Shown here one piece after another: positions 1-13,500 of a stretch of 64,000 nt of DNA. How positions within the stretch are numbered: the stretch's first letter is position 1; every line of letters begins with the position of its first letter. The notes below the pieces were generated by a model. It ran no database searches. It was not told the DNA's origin and was given only the letters and a program-made list of their open reading frames with translations. The translations under genes and the position numbers were made by a program. Where the stretch lies: the NCBI GenBank assembly GCA_040954595.2, contig CM082596.2, positions 6,832,791-6,896,790 of the forward strand. Direction: 5' to 3'. The DNA is from Balanoglossus misakiensis (lineage: Eukaryota; Animalia; Hemichordata).

Positions 1-387
1 GCAGATGCTCTCGCAGTCCGTGCCCTTGGCGCACACCCGCCCCGACGTGCCCGCTGTAAATCGGCTCCGCGAGCAGTAGTTCGGCGAATTGTCAATGAAC
101 ACCAAATCGTTCGGCTTGGGCGAGGCGCCCTCGTCCCCCCCCCCCTCCATCGCGCCCATCCCCACCTCCTCCTCCTCCCCATGCCCCTTCCGCCTCTTCG
201 TCACCAGCTGCGTTTTGCCCGTCGACTCGTTCGTCGTGCTGACGACTTTGTAAGCGTTCTCGTACCTGTCTTTAAGTAATGTCCCGATTTCCGAAAATGG
301 GCTGAGCTGCCTCCAGCACGTCTTGGTGGCACAGGAACCGGAAACGCCGTGACACTTGCAAGTATCCTTCACTTCCTGTCGAACCAA
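1..387 (-). CDS. Wnt9: Wnt9 exon 4 (last coding exon, truncated by window edge)
   Basis: Not in the ORF track; translated by hand: LVRQEVKDTCKCHGVSGSCATKTCWRQLSPFSEIGTLLKDRYENAYKVVSTTNE...DLVFIDNSPNYCSRSRFTAGTSGRVCAKGTDCESIC. Acceptor ttctctcttcacgtgcag| at 388-390, phase 0, open for 129 codons. CWRQLxPF, KVxSTTNE and CESIC match vertebrate WNT9A as I recall it. The lipidated serine motif CKCHGxSGSC is present. Confidence 0.93.
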   Translation of the reverse strand, partial: MVRQEVKDTCKCHGVSGSCATKTCWRQLSPFSEIGTLLKDRYENAYKVVSTTNESTGKTQLVTKRRKGHGEEEEVGMGAMEGGGDEGASPKPNDLVFIDNSPNYCSRSRFTAGTSGRVCAKGTDCESIC

Positions 388-1059
388 CTGCACGTGAAGA
401 GAGAAATTAGTGCTTATAATTTTGTTCATAATAAAGCATTTAAAATCATAGAAACTGGACAAAATTATACCACAATATCAGCGAAAGTTTTTAAAATGAG
501 ATATCGTGGAATACAATGTCCAATCCCATGTTCAAGTTCGGAGACCGTGGCAATTCATTTCAGGACTTGAATGCACATTACACGCCACTCGTCATGCGTA
601 GAGGCCGCCATTTTGTTTTGGATAGCACAAAAATGGTGTTTTCAACTCAAATCAGTGTTTTGGTGCCAATGACATGCAAGAGGGGAAAATAGACATGTAT
701 CCATGAGCGAAAAGAATCTGGTGAATGACACATCTACAAATTGGAGCGCATTGAGATATTGGGGTCGATATGAACAGGCATATCTGATCGCCGAGAAACG
801 TATCGTTCATCGCGAGTCTCGGGTTATCTGACAGAAATGAATGTTGCATATGAATGCAGGTGAGATGGTCAATGACATCTCAGCTTGTAGTTTGTTTTCC
901 GTTATACTGTCCCCCTGTACCGCGGACGTGTGTGCTTTGGAAGAATTCTCTGCGAGCAAGTGATTTTCTGCCAGTTCGTGAGCTGGGAAGATGTCAGTAC
1001 TTGGGCATATAGTCCCATGCATTAAGGGTATCAATTTGTTTGTCAATTTTAAAGACAAG

Positions 1060-1207
1060 GAGTCAAACCTGTGTTAATGGCCACTTTGTTACAGTCCCTG
1101 TGTATTAATCTACAAGTACGTTAACTGACCTGTCTACAAAGACCACTTGTCTATACAGGCCAGTTAAGGAAAGTCCCTTGACTGGCAACTTTAGACAGGT
1201 TTGAATG
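1060..1207. mobile_element. Small MITE, probably Tc1/mariner (pogo-like) derived, ~150 bp
   Basis: Imperfect terminal inverted repeats: left agtcaaacctgtgttaatggcca, right tggcaactttagacaggtttgaatg followed by TA. An internal copy acctgtctacaaagacca is present. The left TA target site is not intact, so the superfamily is inferred from TIR style only. Confidence 0.6.
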
Positions 1208-4200
1208 TACTGTGATTTGCTCTTGCTATACTGTGGTACTCAAAACATGCAAGCGGTCATCATCAGATTTTGAATGAGATAAGCTATCTCAGAGATAGGC
1301 GAAATAGGGTCGCCGTGACCCGAGTGTTGTCCTCGTTTGGATGAAAAGAATGTTGAATATAGAATGTGTAGCGCAATCATCTGTGCTGGTCTATGGGTGA
1401 GAGTCAGCGAAAGATTCGAACGGGTATTTTGTCTGTGGAGTTGCTCGCTTGACTGGCTGGGGGAAAAACCTTCCACCCCAGGCTGTCTCGCCAAGAGGTC
1501 ACCGCGAGGTCACCAGTCACGTGGTGTTTGAAAAGATGTGTTGAAATGTACATGCCACTTGAAAATCACACCGCGTGCTGTACACGACGTGGAAATTAAC
1601 AGCGATTTGAAAAGAGGTGTCTTTTACCCTTTGAGGACAGCGAAAACAAATCAAACGCCACAGTGGTGGGCAATCCGGGGGCTAATTATGTTTGGGTGAA
1701 ATGACCTGAAAAGGCGTAAACTCTCTCTCAAAGGTGGCGCCTCCCGTCAATCGACTCACTCTATACTCAGGTGTTTTCCCGTTCTTTTTGTTGAAGCTTG
1801 TTTCGCGTTTTTTTTTTTGTTAATAAAAGAAACTAGTAGGGTCTGTGACGGGAGGAGAACATGACGGATACCCCTTATAGAATAGAGTGGGTGTATACAC
1901 CAAGAAAAAAAAACATCGGTTAAGCCAAAACGGCTGCGTATTGATGTGTTGTGATGCATGAAGGCGGACAACAATGTTGGAGTTCAGACCCAATCGATCT
2001 GTGAAAGAGTGAACGGCGCTGACATTGAGGGCACAGATCGAATTTCCGCAGCTCCGGTCAAAACGCCAAAAAAACCACATACACACAAGCCATGTCCAAC
2101 CATATTCCCCAACAAAGCGGATTTTGGGTTTGCTAGAATGTTTCACTTTCATGAGGGTACCCGAAACTTAAAAAGGCACGAATGACCATGAGAAATCCCC
2201 AGATGTACAATCGAAATTTTATTTGACCTTCCGAAGTGGCTGCGGTCAAATTTGCCGATCCCGTGGTCGAATCTGGACGGTTAAGACACCACGTCTGATG
2301 ATATTTAAAAACGTAACCACATTCTCCGGTTGGCGGCTTAACCCTTTTAACGACATGGCCAATTTGTCGTCACCTTTCAAAAAATAAACTCTCATAACTT
2401 TTTCCACATTTTTCCTTAAATTTTGATTAAGACTTGAAGACAATGGGAAAGTAAGCCCACTTGGTCTAAAATTAAGAGGTCAAATTAAGAGGACAAATAG
2501 AGTAAAATGAGCGAAAATGTTAAAATGTTGCACCACATTTTGATAGAGAGTGGCGTATGCAACTTCGCCAGGCGCACTTTCTTCTTTAAACAGCCTGTTC
2601 GATTTCGTTGTGAAATCGACTCGCATGTTGTTGGTTTCACGGGGCTTTGAAATGAACGAAAAGGCCGCCACCCTCCACTGGCAAACGTCAACATACGACG
2701 TCTAAATATTCCTCGACAGCCGTGATGGATGGACGGCAACCTTTCTCGGTTCACCGACTCTTTCCGCCTGCGAAAATCTGAGACAGGCACCTTCTCTCTC
2801 TCTATGGCTTGTGGTGAAACGCCAGTCTGGATGTACTTGTCTTTCTAAATGAAATCGTGATATCTGTGATCCACCGCGGGCCCTCAGCCGCACCACGGTC
2901 ATTACACAACATCACGATTTGCTCGTGATTCATGGTTCATAATTTCACGTGTCGAAAACATCGGTAGGCATTAATTCACAGGAATCACGGAATTTGTAAC
3001 GCCCCAGTACCTTGACTCTCAACTATCGTTCAGTTACCAAAAAGTAGCAACAAATCAAACTCCTACCACGTGGTGTTATAATTGTCATAATTGGTGTGAT
3101 AATTCCTTTTTTTGGGGGGGGGGGAGCTTCGATCTAACATCGTACAACTTCCGATGATGCAACTGTTTAAGCTCAAAATAAAGGGGACATCTTTCTAATG
3201 AATATTGTCTGCAAATGAATGTTACACTACAAGATATACAAGGATGACGGCAAGCCATACAGACCCAGTACAGATAATTTGCTTTTGAATACACGTGGGT
3301 CTGTTCAAGAAGACGGGGAAATATGTAGTGCATGATTGACGTCCAAAGTGCTGTTGTATGACAATGTAATTTGCACTGTGACAAACTCAAATTTGTTTTG
3401 TTGTTGCAAGAAAAGAAGGGTCATGTTTGAAGGGGCGTCACGTTTCATAAGACAGTGTTGGTTGTGCGCTAACCCCCGGGGAAGGCTTTGTCAAAGAATG
3501 GCCCGTGCGTCTTCTGTAGCAACAGTATCTTTTTACCTACCTACGCGAAGTGCGTAGTTTCCCGCCCAAGTTGTACACACGACAAATTTCCAAAATGGTT
3601 GAAATATTTCTGGATAATCTCCAAAACAGATGACTATGACGACTTGACGAGAGATTGGACTAAGATGTGATCAAAATGTTGGCGAAATTCAGACATAAGC
3701 CCTCTCTCCTCCTGAAATGGGGGGGGGAGCGAACGGCTTTTCAGATTTTTCAAACATGGTGGTCACCTTCGGCAACAGACCGTAAAGTGGTTAATAGAAT
3801 TCAAAAGATGACAGGGCGTGTAATGGGTGGAGAATCAATAATGGTGGAGGGTTACAAGTTCCACGCTGTGGCCTGCAGTGTTTTCCAGAGAACAACGAAA
3901 TGCAACCACTTTGAGATCATTTCATCCGTGACCCGAACCCGGGCGGGTTATGGTACCCCGCGGGAGCACCACCGACTTTAAAGGCTGTGGCGATGCGTAT
4001 TTTAGGGACGTTTTTATGGGATCGAATACTCTGCAGGCAACGCTTTTGAAAGTTGCAATTATAGTTAGTGAGTTAAAGGCGGCAATAAAACTTTTGACAT
4101 TTCTCAATCCCCGATATTGAAATAATAACATTGTGTTATTGACCCTGCAAAATTTTGAGTATAATCAAGTCAGATGCTGATTAAACGCACAGAAAATGCG

Positions 4201-4310
4201 CAATTCGACAGAACAGATATTTACGAGCACAATTACTGACACTTTGATGTGCGAAGATCTGTTTCTATGGTAACGGAAGGAAAGAGACAGGGTGCTTCTC
4301 CAAGACTTAC

Positions 4311-4579
4311 CCGAATGCCAAGATCGCTGTTATGTTTTTCCACAATGGCACGCAAATCTTTTCCGCTCTTCTTCCCGTTGAGAAAGTTCTGTACAAATTT
4401 TTGGCTGTATTTTATGTTATCCCCGCACCCGCCCCACTGCCACGTCTCGCGGTTCTCCTCGTCGTTGAACGACTCGTCGCAGGTGCACCGCTCCAGGACG
4501 TCCTGGCTGCAGGCCCGGGCGACGGTGTGGGTGAGTCCCGCTGAGGAGATGGCGTACAGGAAGGATGTCTCCTTGTAGC
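4311..4579 (-). CDS. Wnt9: Wnt9 exon 3
   Basis: (G)YKETSFLYAISSAGLTHTVARACSQDVLERCTCDESFNDEENRETWQWGGCGDNIKYSQKFV...KHNSDLGIR. Acceptor cttcacacag| (phase 1), donor |gtaagt at 4310-4305 (phase 0). 269 nt; phases match both neighbouring exons. ENRExWQWGGCGDN is typical of Wnt9. Confidence 0.95.
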
Positions 4580-7362
4580 CTGTGTGAAGAGGAACGCACG
4601 ACACAGTCAGCTGGGTTATCACCAGGATATCAGGCAACTTTTGCACGTGGTGATATAAAATAACCATCTTTAACTTTCGCTTTGAGTAATAAAACCGCCC
4701 TGAAACGGGGACACACACACACGTATACAAACTACCATACTTTGCTGCAGATCACTAAGTTTGAAATGCTTACACCAGTCCGACTACCACTCAAAGCCTG
4801 CCTGTGCTCGAATCGTTGCATCGCCCCACACTCACACACTATTACAACTTTCTGCTCATATAAATCTGTCAGTATTGTTCTCCTGACGTCCTGAGTGACC
4901 TGACGGCGCATCAAAACGTCGAGGAAACGACAATTTATCAAAACTGTCCCGCGTTTCCAAACTCAGGGGGCGCCTTAAAACACCATAAATTACTGAAATT
5001 ACTGCAGTGTTTGTTGTTGAATGGGGACGGGTGGATTTTATGGTGTCGCTCTTTGCGTCATTTCGATGAGGCGGCTCCTACGGCAAGAGAAGACACGACG
5101 AAGAAAATACAGGAACTTGTTAAATCGGCAAAAATCACATTTTCCCTGAATATACACATACTGGTTAGCCCTCGAAGATGTCGCATTAAAGATGGCGGTC
5201 GCATTTTGGAGTGCAAGATTATAGGTTACCCACTCAAATCCATCCGCACACTTCTTCGTGAATGGGTGTCTCAAGTGGGCACTATCCTCGTGGAGTGCGC
5301 GATATCTTGACATAAATCTTAGTTTGAAAATGAAACTGTAGTGAAAACAACCAAGCTGTTACATGTATGCGCACAAGATGACCAACGACCTCGGACCTAG
5401 CAGGCCAATTCGCACAGAAACGGAAGTCAACGCACAAAGCAGTCAAGTCCCCACCCCACGTACCCCCAGACAGACAGACAGACAGACACACCGACAGACT
5501 GACAGGGAGAGATAAGATCAGAGTGAGGGGGGCAGAAACAGGGAGTCTTGCGAATTAGTATACACACGGTATGTTTTCTCGTATTATGTCACTTCGCACT
5601 GTACATTTGATCTGATGTTTGCTCACGAAGGATAGCACGTCACTGACTGAGAAAAAAATGATAGAGTGTTTCACTGATTGATTAATATTCATCCATTCAA
5701 GATGCATTTCTGAATGTCGTGAGAGGAGAGCATTTATCATGATGGCAACGTGATATCAAAAAAAAGTGCATTCGGATTGCTTTGAATGTATTGTTTTTCA
5801 AATGGATGGGTTTTATTTTGTGGCGTTCCTTCGTCTGATGATTGCCGTCTGCTGCGGAACGGGCGAGGCCTTATTGAATTCGTTCTGGGAGTTTGTTGGC
5901 CTCTCTGTGCGGTCGCGCTCGCTTGCCGACAAATATTAAATCTGGTCTTTCATTACGGAACTTTTTAAGCTACGTTAACTTCCGTCTGGACCTATTCAGC
6001 AGCGAGAAGGGCGTCTTGATGGTATTTTGTCTCGTTTCCTTCTCGGCGACTGGGCGTTGCCTGGCAACGTTGATGATAAATCATTGGAGCATGGGGTGTA
6101 GCAGAGAGGGCCATGTCGATTTCGCTGATCTTGTTTTTTTGCTTTCTTTCGTCAGGTCGTCGGAAAGTACACCCGGTGTCAGTTTGGGTCATCTCTGAGA
6201 GGCAGCTATGACGTCATTGTCAGACGGATTGTCATGCAAATTCGTCGGCGAATTCCTCCTGAATAATTCCAAAGCGCGTGTTGCGATAAGCTGTTTCCGA
6301 TTCCACACAAAACGGCCGCACGCGGATCCTGTCTTTCTGGTGCGTCATCCGCAAATGAGCTTCGGGGCTCAGAAATCTGTTCATCGCGTGCGCGCGCGCG
6401 TCATCTTTCAATAACGCCACGATGATGGATCTTAATTTGCCGGGGAATTCCAACTCTTTGAACACAGGTGATATTAAAATTTGGTCGTCATGGTAATCGA
6501 TATGGGTGATACTTTGGTGATATCCACTACAACCATGGCCCACAATCGGTGCGCCTGTTGTCGAGACGGTGACAATACAGAAATTCCATTTCTCGGTATA
6601 TTGAACACACGCCAAGGCATAAAACACGACAGAATTAGCCATGAAAAAAAATCAACCAAAAAGGCGAAAAAGGAATACAAAAACCCCCACCAACACGTCC
6701 ACAACATCTCTCAAATATCATTCAAAATGTATGAACTTTGTTGGCTGAAAAGACGCTTGGTAAATTTACTGGTCAAGAAGCACACTGTTGAACGTTTGCA
6801 AGTGGGGATGACCAAATACGTCCACACAAACAACGACAAAAACACTTCTGCGTAAAGACAAAGTTTCACACTTTTACGAATTATGCTCAAATGGAAGGTT
6901 CCACCAATTTTAAAGTCCCGTTACACTACAGTTTTTTTTCCTGTCAGTTTCAGTACGGAACTAATCACGTGATCAGTACTGACACTTTAATGAGTACATA
7001 TGCAAATATAAACAATCTGGTATAACTTTCTGTTTGTAAACACTGTCAAGCACGTTGGGGCAGTATTTTACGATTGGCGAAACATGGTGTATATTGAACA
7101 TTTGGGAATGTTATTCTACCACAGGTCGCCGTTTGGACGACTTCAAGGACGTTCAATGTTTTGTTACACCCAGATATCTTTATCTGTGATGCCGCTTTCC
7201 CATACAAACGCTTGGACATAGTCGGATGTTACTTCTGTTTCCCACAGTTTAGTAAATTATATGTTTATGGTTTTTCAACCTATTCCCCGTACAAACGACA
7301 AGCTGCGGTAATAACTGTAGTTTTCTTATCGCCGAGGTAAAGGGGTCATGTCTTCATGCATA

Positions 7363-7548
7363 TGATGTGATGTGATGTGATGTGGTGTGGTGTGGTGTGG
7401 TGTGGTGTGGTGTGGTGTGGTGTGGTGTGGTGTGGTGTGGTGTGGTGTGGTTTGATGTGATGCGGTGTGATGTGATGTAGTGTGATATGATGTGATGTTA
7501 TGTGATGTGATGTCATGTGATGTGATGTATTGTGGTGTGATGTGATGT
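7363..7548. repeat. Compound pentanucleotide microsatellite (TGTGA/TGTGG)n
   Basis: Directly visible tandem array in Wnt9 intron 2. Confidence 0.97.
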
Positions 7549-10500
7549 CTTTCAAATAATTCTGCTATACAGAATCTTATCGTATCGTATCTTGCGAAAT
7601 TACATCACTCTATATAATACCTATATTATACAGTTTCATACTTCGATATTTCACATCACGTCGTATCACACATTTCCATTCAAACTGCAAGAAAACCTAC
7701 AGTTGACACGTAAAATACCATACACATATTCTCGTATCTGCCATAACCCAAGCGCTACGATCATTGCACAGAACTTGTCGAGATACGGTATGGGAGGCGG
7801 GGATTAAGCTGAAATTTATGGCGTTTCTTGCGGAAAATGACGTCGAACGAAAAATATTCAACTATTTTGATGTTTTGCCTCATCCCAGTCGAGACTTGTT
7901 GTTTTAATAGTTGCCAGCCGTTCTCCTGAAGAGCTTTTCATAAGATAAGACATTTTGATTAAACGACTGAGAAAATCGTAAACTTGTCAAGACAGGGTGA
8001 TAAAGCTTTCCTGTCCGAGTTTTTTTTTACTGCCGGCGATTTCGTTTTATGCACTCCCCTTATCGGCGCGTTTCTAGGCACGCACTAATGTCAGGACCGG
8101 GGCTGGCCCACGTGCGAATAACAGCCTAAGTTACAATGTTCGCAAATACTAGTACTCCAACCCCCCCCCCCCCCTGCCATGAGTGGACCACGTCGGGAAA
8201 CTGAGAGAGGCCGGGGAGAAATCTATCATATCGGTATGATGATATTAGGGAGGGGGCTACCTATCTCTTGAATCAAAATGTTCTTTATTATTGACGTATG
8301 TAGTATGTACGTCACGATAAACACGACCCCTGTCGAAGCAACACCAGCGCCCAAACAGACGGACTATCAAGCGGGTTAACTCGTGTATTTTATGTTCCCC
8401 TACCAATCAACTCCACCAGTTGTCACAATAAAGTCTGGCACGTTTTGTGGATAATCAAATCAGCTCGTATTTTTTCATAGAAGGACGTAGCCGGGCGATG
8501 GTCTTGAATGTGGGCGCGCATTTTCCCCTTCCGCATCGTTCCAAAGGTCATTGCTAGTGCAAGTTGTAACATATACCAAAGATGGTTGTTGTTTTTTCTG
8601 TATCTAGATGAAAAAAAATCGAACGGGAGTGTGATACCATCTGCCGTAGCGTGGCAGGGATGAAGCTACCTCCTACACGCGAGATACCCTCCCATGGGGA
8701 ATAGAGAGATCCCTCGGATGAAAGACCGATCGAGCAAATGCACGTATCAGGCAACAGTGGCACTGGGTGCCGCTTACACACACATCACACGTCTGTCTCT
8801 TGGCCCCACCTAGAGACTGCACACGGGGAAATCAAGTATAAACAAAAGACGTTCACACGGCCGCCTTGGAGGAGAAAAATTTGTAAATAACAGCGGAGGC
8901 GATGAAAACCTCTCGCCGCCACAAACGCACATTCCATGCACCAAACCCAGACTGCATGACACGTACGCATTGCGGTTTTCTGTCCCTCTATATGACGTAA
9001 AATCGTTATTTTGGACAGGCGTATTTGTCCATCGCTTGTATACAGCATTCTTTATAAACCCACCAGACCAAAAAAAAAATCGCATTACCATTTGTAAAAC
9101 CTAGAACAGCATACAGCTTCAAGTTCATGGGTTCAAAAGTCACATTTTCAACACGCATAGCAAACTACACGCAGTCTGTCGTTGCTTTGGTGACAACGAG
9201 GCTCAAACATGACGTTAAGTGACAAATAAATCGTTGTAAAACTCCAAATTTGAGCACGAGCAAATATTCAAGATTTATTGTGCCAAAAGACCTCGTTGTC
9301 ATGCCGTGAAATGTAACAGGAGTTTATACATCGTCTGATCTTTTTTTTAATTTACGAAATTTTGTCTTGTCTGCTTTCGAACGTGGTGTGAAGTGTGGTC
9401 GCCACTTCAACTGGAAAGAATCGGTTTAGTTTTTTCTATTTCATCACCTGGCCTGTAACTAAAGAACCCCACCGAATTAATATAAACACCGGCCATTGTA
9501 CAAATCAGCAATTCTATATAATTATTTGCACAGAAACTGTTAAGAGCGGGCAAGTTTACTTTGGGAATTTTTGCGAACCCATAGCGTTCGGTCGCGGTTG
9601 TTATATATTGGGGAGCGGCGTTAATTTGTAAGTGGCAGACGACATTGTCAGATGAGCTCGCGGAGAAGAACTTTTTCGCCGATGGTGGCCCGGAGCGATA
9701 GAGAGAAGGGGAGGGGGGTATTTGTGACCTGTGTGCGATCGGATTGGCAACAAGCAGAAGGCGACGACGGACGCTGGGCAATCTCGGCAAGGTTGCGATC
9801 AACAGAGCTGCACGCTTTATTAACACGAGGCATGTTCAGTTGATCGGGGATGATGGACACGGTGGCAGCCGACTGACACAGGCCACGTATCACGTTGCAC
9901 GTTAATGACACACGCTAGCCACTGTACGCGCGGGGGGGGGGGGAGAGAGACTGACCAACACACACGAAATACCTGCGAGTTCTTTCCCAAGCATTAAAAC
10001 AGGATTGTTGACTAAAACTCTCGCCCCGGCCACCATAAAATGACGAAAATCGAGGCCTTGGGGGAAGAAAAAACAGGACCAAGCCTCAAATCCTATAACT
10101 TTTACGACGCGCATCCGTCTGGCACTTTTTGCGGTCGGGGGCACACGTGTGTCGCATCAAATAAACCAACTCGCCGTTAATATACCAATGCGTTGTGATG
10201 GTTTACAACCCAATGTCAAGGTACCCCTTGACCAAACGACCGCGCGGTTCAACAGAACCGTATGGGGGAGGAAGGGGGGGGGGTTAACCATGGAGGGACA
10301 CTTGTCTTTAAAGCCCAAATAGCTGCCAATTTTAGCATGATATTTAATTATATTAGAGGCCCTGCACCACGACACAGGCAGACCACACAGAATATAATTT
10401 TCATTTCAGAAACAAAAAACCACAACGCCACGTCATTCTCTTTGAAGACGTCCGAACGATGAATCCATCAACCGTAATTTTCATCGCTGACACAGTCGTT

Positions 10501-13500
10501 TTCCCCCCACGGGCTGGCACATAAATAAAAAGCCCGTCGCGGCGTTCTCACTCTAACCCTCGCCGTCAGCAAGTCATTCAAAGCGATTCACACGAGTTCG
10601 GAGCGAGGTCACGGTCGCGCCGGGTACTACCTGAACCGGCTTTCATCCTCGCCGAAGAACATTCATCTTTGTGATGTTGATTTATTTTGCAAGTTGTAGG
10701 GTTTCCTGAATCACCGTTATCTTTCACCTCTTGTCGCAAAAACCTAAGTCTGATCTTTCTGGATCATTATAGATGATGACGTTCGAGTTTGGTTACTTGA
10801 GTGTTTTCTGTGCTTCTTGCGCTGGTGGTTGTTTTGGTAGATTTGAACATTTCATTACGTAGTGTATTACTGGGGGAGAGCGGGGGGGGGGGTGTTCTTT
10901 CCGTGTCAAGCTATGAATTATTTTCTCCGAGCAACGCCGATATGTTCTACCCCCTCCTTGTCGAAATCTTCACTTCAGACGCTCAAAACCGATCATAAAA
11001 AACACCTGACGAATTGCCCATCGAGGAGAAAAAGTAAGTTCGAGGGCCAGTAAAAAAATAATCTTTGGCGTTCACTAATTTACGATGCAACCAGCGAGTG
11101 GATTAGTAACACACTGCGGGAAGGAAAAATTTCAGCCGCGGTGACTGAAGAGGAGAGCCGCGAGTCTTTATACTATGGACGCGGTGCAACAGTGGCCACC
11201 CCCGGTCTATAAAAATCCCACAATCTTGTTCTTTCAGGGGCGACATACTTCGGTCTCTCCCAATCTTTTCGCCATCTCCTCGCTTGTAATCACGCGCGAG
11301 TCAAGTACCAATTGATATAGGGGGCTGTTCAGTTCTTCGTAACGAGTCGGGCCGACCGACAGGCGCTTGACAATGCCGAGCACGTCACGCCAAGTGGGGG
11401 GGGGGGTCAAGGCGGACTGTAAATCCATCAGCCTCTCCCTCACGATTCCCCCGCCACCCCCCCCCCGTTCACGCGAGAAAAATATTAACGATGAAAACAG
11501 TCAACTTTTTTTTTCTCTTGGCTGCCAAACCAAACGAGGAGCCTGTAAATCAAATCGGACACAATTATGACCGGAAGCAGACGAAATGCGAAGACGATGG
11601 GCGACGGATATTTATACAACTCCTCATGCACTGGAGATAGGGCAGAAACGCAGTCGCTATCGACGAATGAATTATGACGGGTTATCAGAGCTCGACGACA
11701 AACAACATCAACACGGGGATTAATTATACTGCGAATCCACCGAACACCTGGGACAAAATAAAGGAATTCTTTTTTTATAAATTATTTCCAAGATTCTAAT
11801 TTACTACATCTCACGACTTCAACAATGTCCTCGTAATGCTGGTTTCTTTATATCGCCCGCAAATAATAATTTCAGTTTCCGATTCGGATTAGCCCGCTTT
11901 GGGGAATAAAAATACACGAATGGAATCTAAAGACTGTTACACACCTAGTATAGTATTGTAATAGAAATTAAATAAAATCTGTATCCGTGGTATTGGTTGA
12001 AAATTGCGAAATTCCCCTCTGTCTAGAGATTAAGGTATCTGAAATATTCGGCACTGTGAATTGAACCCGCCTTCGGAGAGCTAGCGTTGACTTCATATAC
12101 AGCTCTCCCTTTAAACAATATACAGCCCCCTTGATAATTGCAAAGCGGAGCTCGATTTATGACCGCGCGAATCTGCGGAGGAACCCTGACATCCAAGGGC
12201 CATGCACCTGAACACTTACCCCCTCCCAGGGTCAAAGGTCAAGCAAACCCCTAACAATTTTACTTTTTATTCTCCAAGCATTCTCACCGTCACAATAAAT
12301 TACTTGGTCATCAACCACCGAGATGGCGGCTGACTCTGCCCGCGAATTCCTGACAGGACGTAGCGCTTCCTCGGGAATTTTTTCGCTAACGGGCGTTCGT
12401 TCAAGAATGGCCGTGTTTTTTGTTTTAATTTCAGTTGCAAGGGCGGTGTGATTATTATCAAATTGAGAAGCAGGTGTGTGTGAACTTTTTTTGGCTGATT
12501 ATGCCCGGTTTATGAGAAGCCCATAGAGTACACGGTTCTTACATAACGTGGAGCGTTTTTTATTGCACGCGGCGTTTTTAGTTTTTTAACGGTGCAACAG
12601 CCTGGATGTTTCATATCGCGGCCTGGTCTCTTTCGCTGCTCGACTTTGACACGGTTTATGTCTGCCACAAGGGTCCGCCAACCGACTCTCTCACTTACTG
12701 GCCGACCGGGGGTGCACTCACGGCGTGGCGCGCGCCGGGTGTTGATGGACTATCTGCGGTCTCCCACGGCGCGTGTGGTGCGTGTACGTGTGTGAGACCG
12801 GGTAAAGCGAATTACGCGCAGAACGGGTGTACATTTCTAATGTGCCGATATTAACACCGGCGTTGAAATTGATCACGAGCTGTTGTCCGTTAAGTGCCGT
12901 GACCCATTGATATGCCAATTAAGGCCAATTAACGCTAGACAATCATAAACATCTGACACCAATTCCGGTCGAATTAAATTCTTACAGGCAACATACTATA
13001 GGCTTGCAAGTGGCGGAGGTGGCGTGAAGTTTTTTTTACACACTCCATCTTGCATTGCTAATACCCTCAAACGCACTCTTTGTACCCTAAACGATGTCCA
13101 AGCGCCATTATGTAACTTTTTTAAAGAGCGATTTCGATCCCGTTTTGTTGGGTATTTAAACTTTTAAATAAAACCGAGAACGGACACAAAACACGCGATC
13201 GATCTTTTTCTCGCGTCCCACCCACTCCAAACAGCTGAGCTGAAAAACCGAACACGGTACATCACATTCAAAGTCAAAGGGAAATTCACAGCGCGTTTAT
13301 CGTACACGAACGGCCTGTGGTTGTGTTTCAGCGGGATCTTTATAACAGACTTTCGCACTAGTCAAAACAATTGCGTTAGCCAGCGCTATCGCAAACATCG
13401 ATTTTGTGTTGCTGCTTGTGGTTGAAACAGGTCACAGCTAAGAGCATATCAGAATTCGCTGAACACAATAATACTACTACTTGAACGACGGGACGACCCT

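Noticed and set aside
1362-1376. 15-mer gaatgtgtagcgcaa shared in inverted orientation with ~60784-60798
   Set aside because: The match does not extend, and a few 15-mer matches are expected by chance in 64 kb
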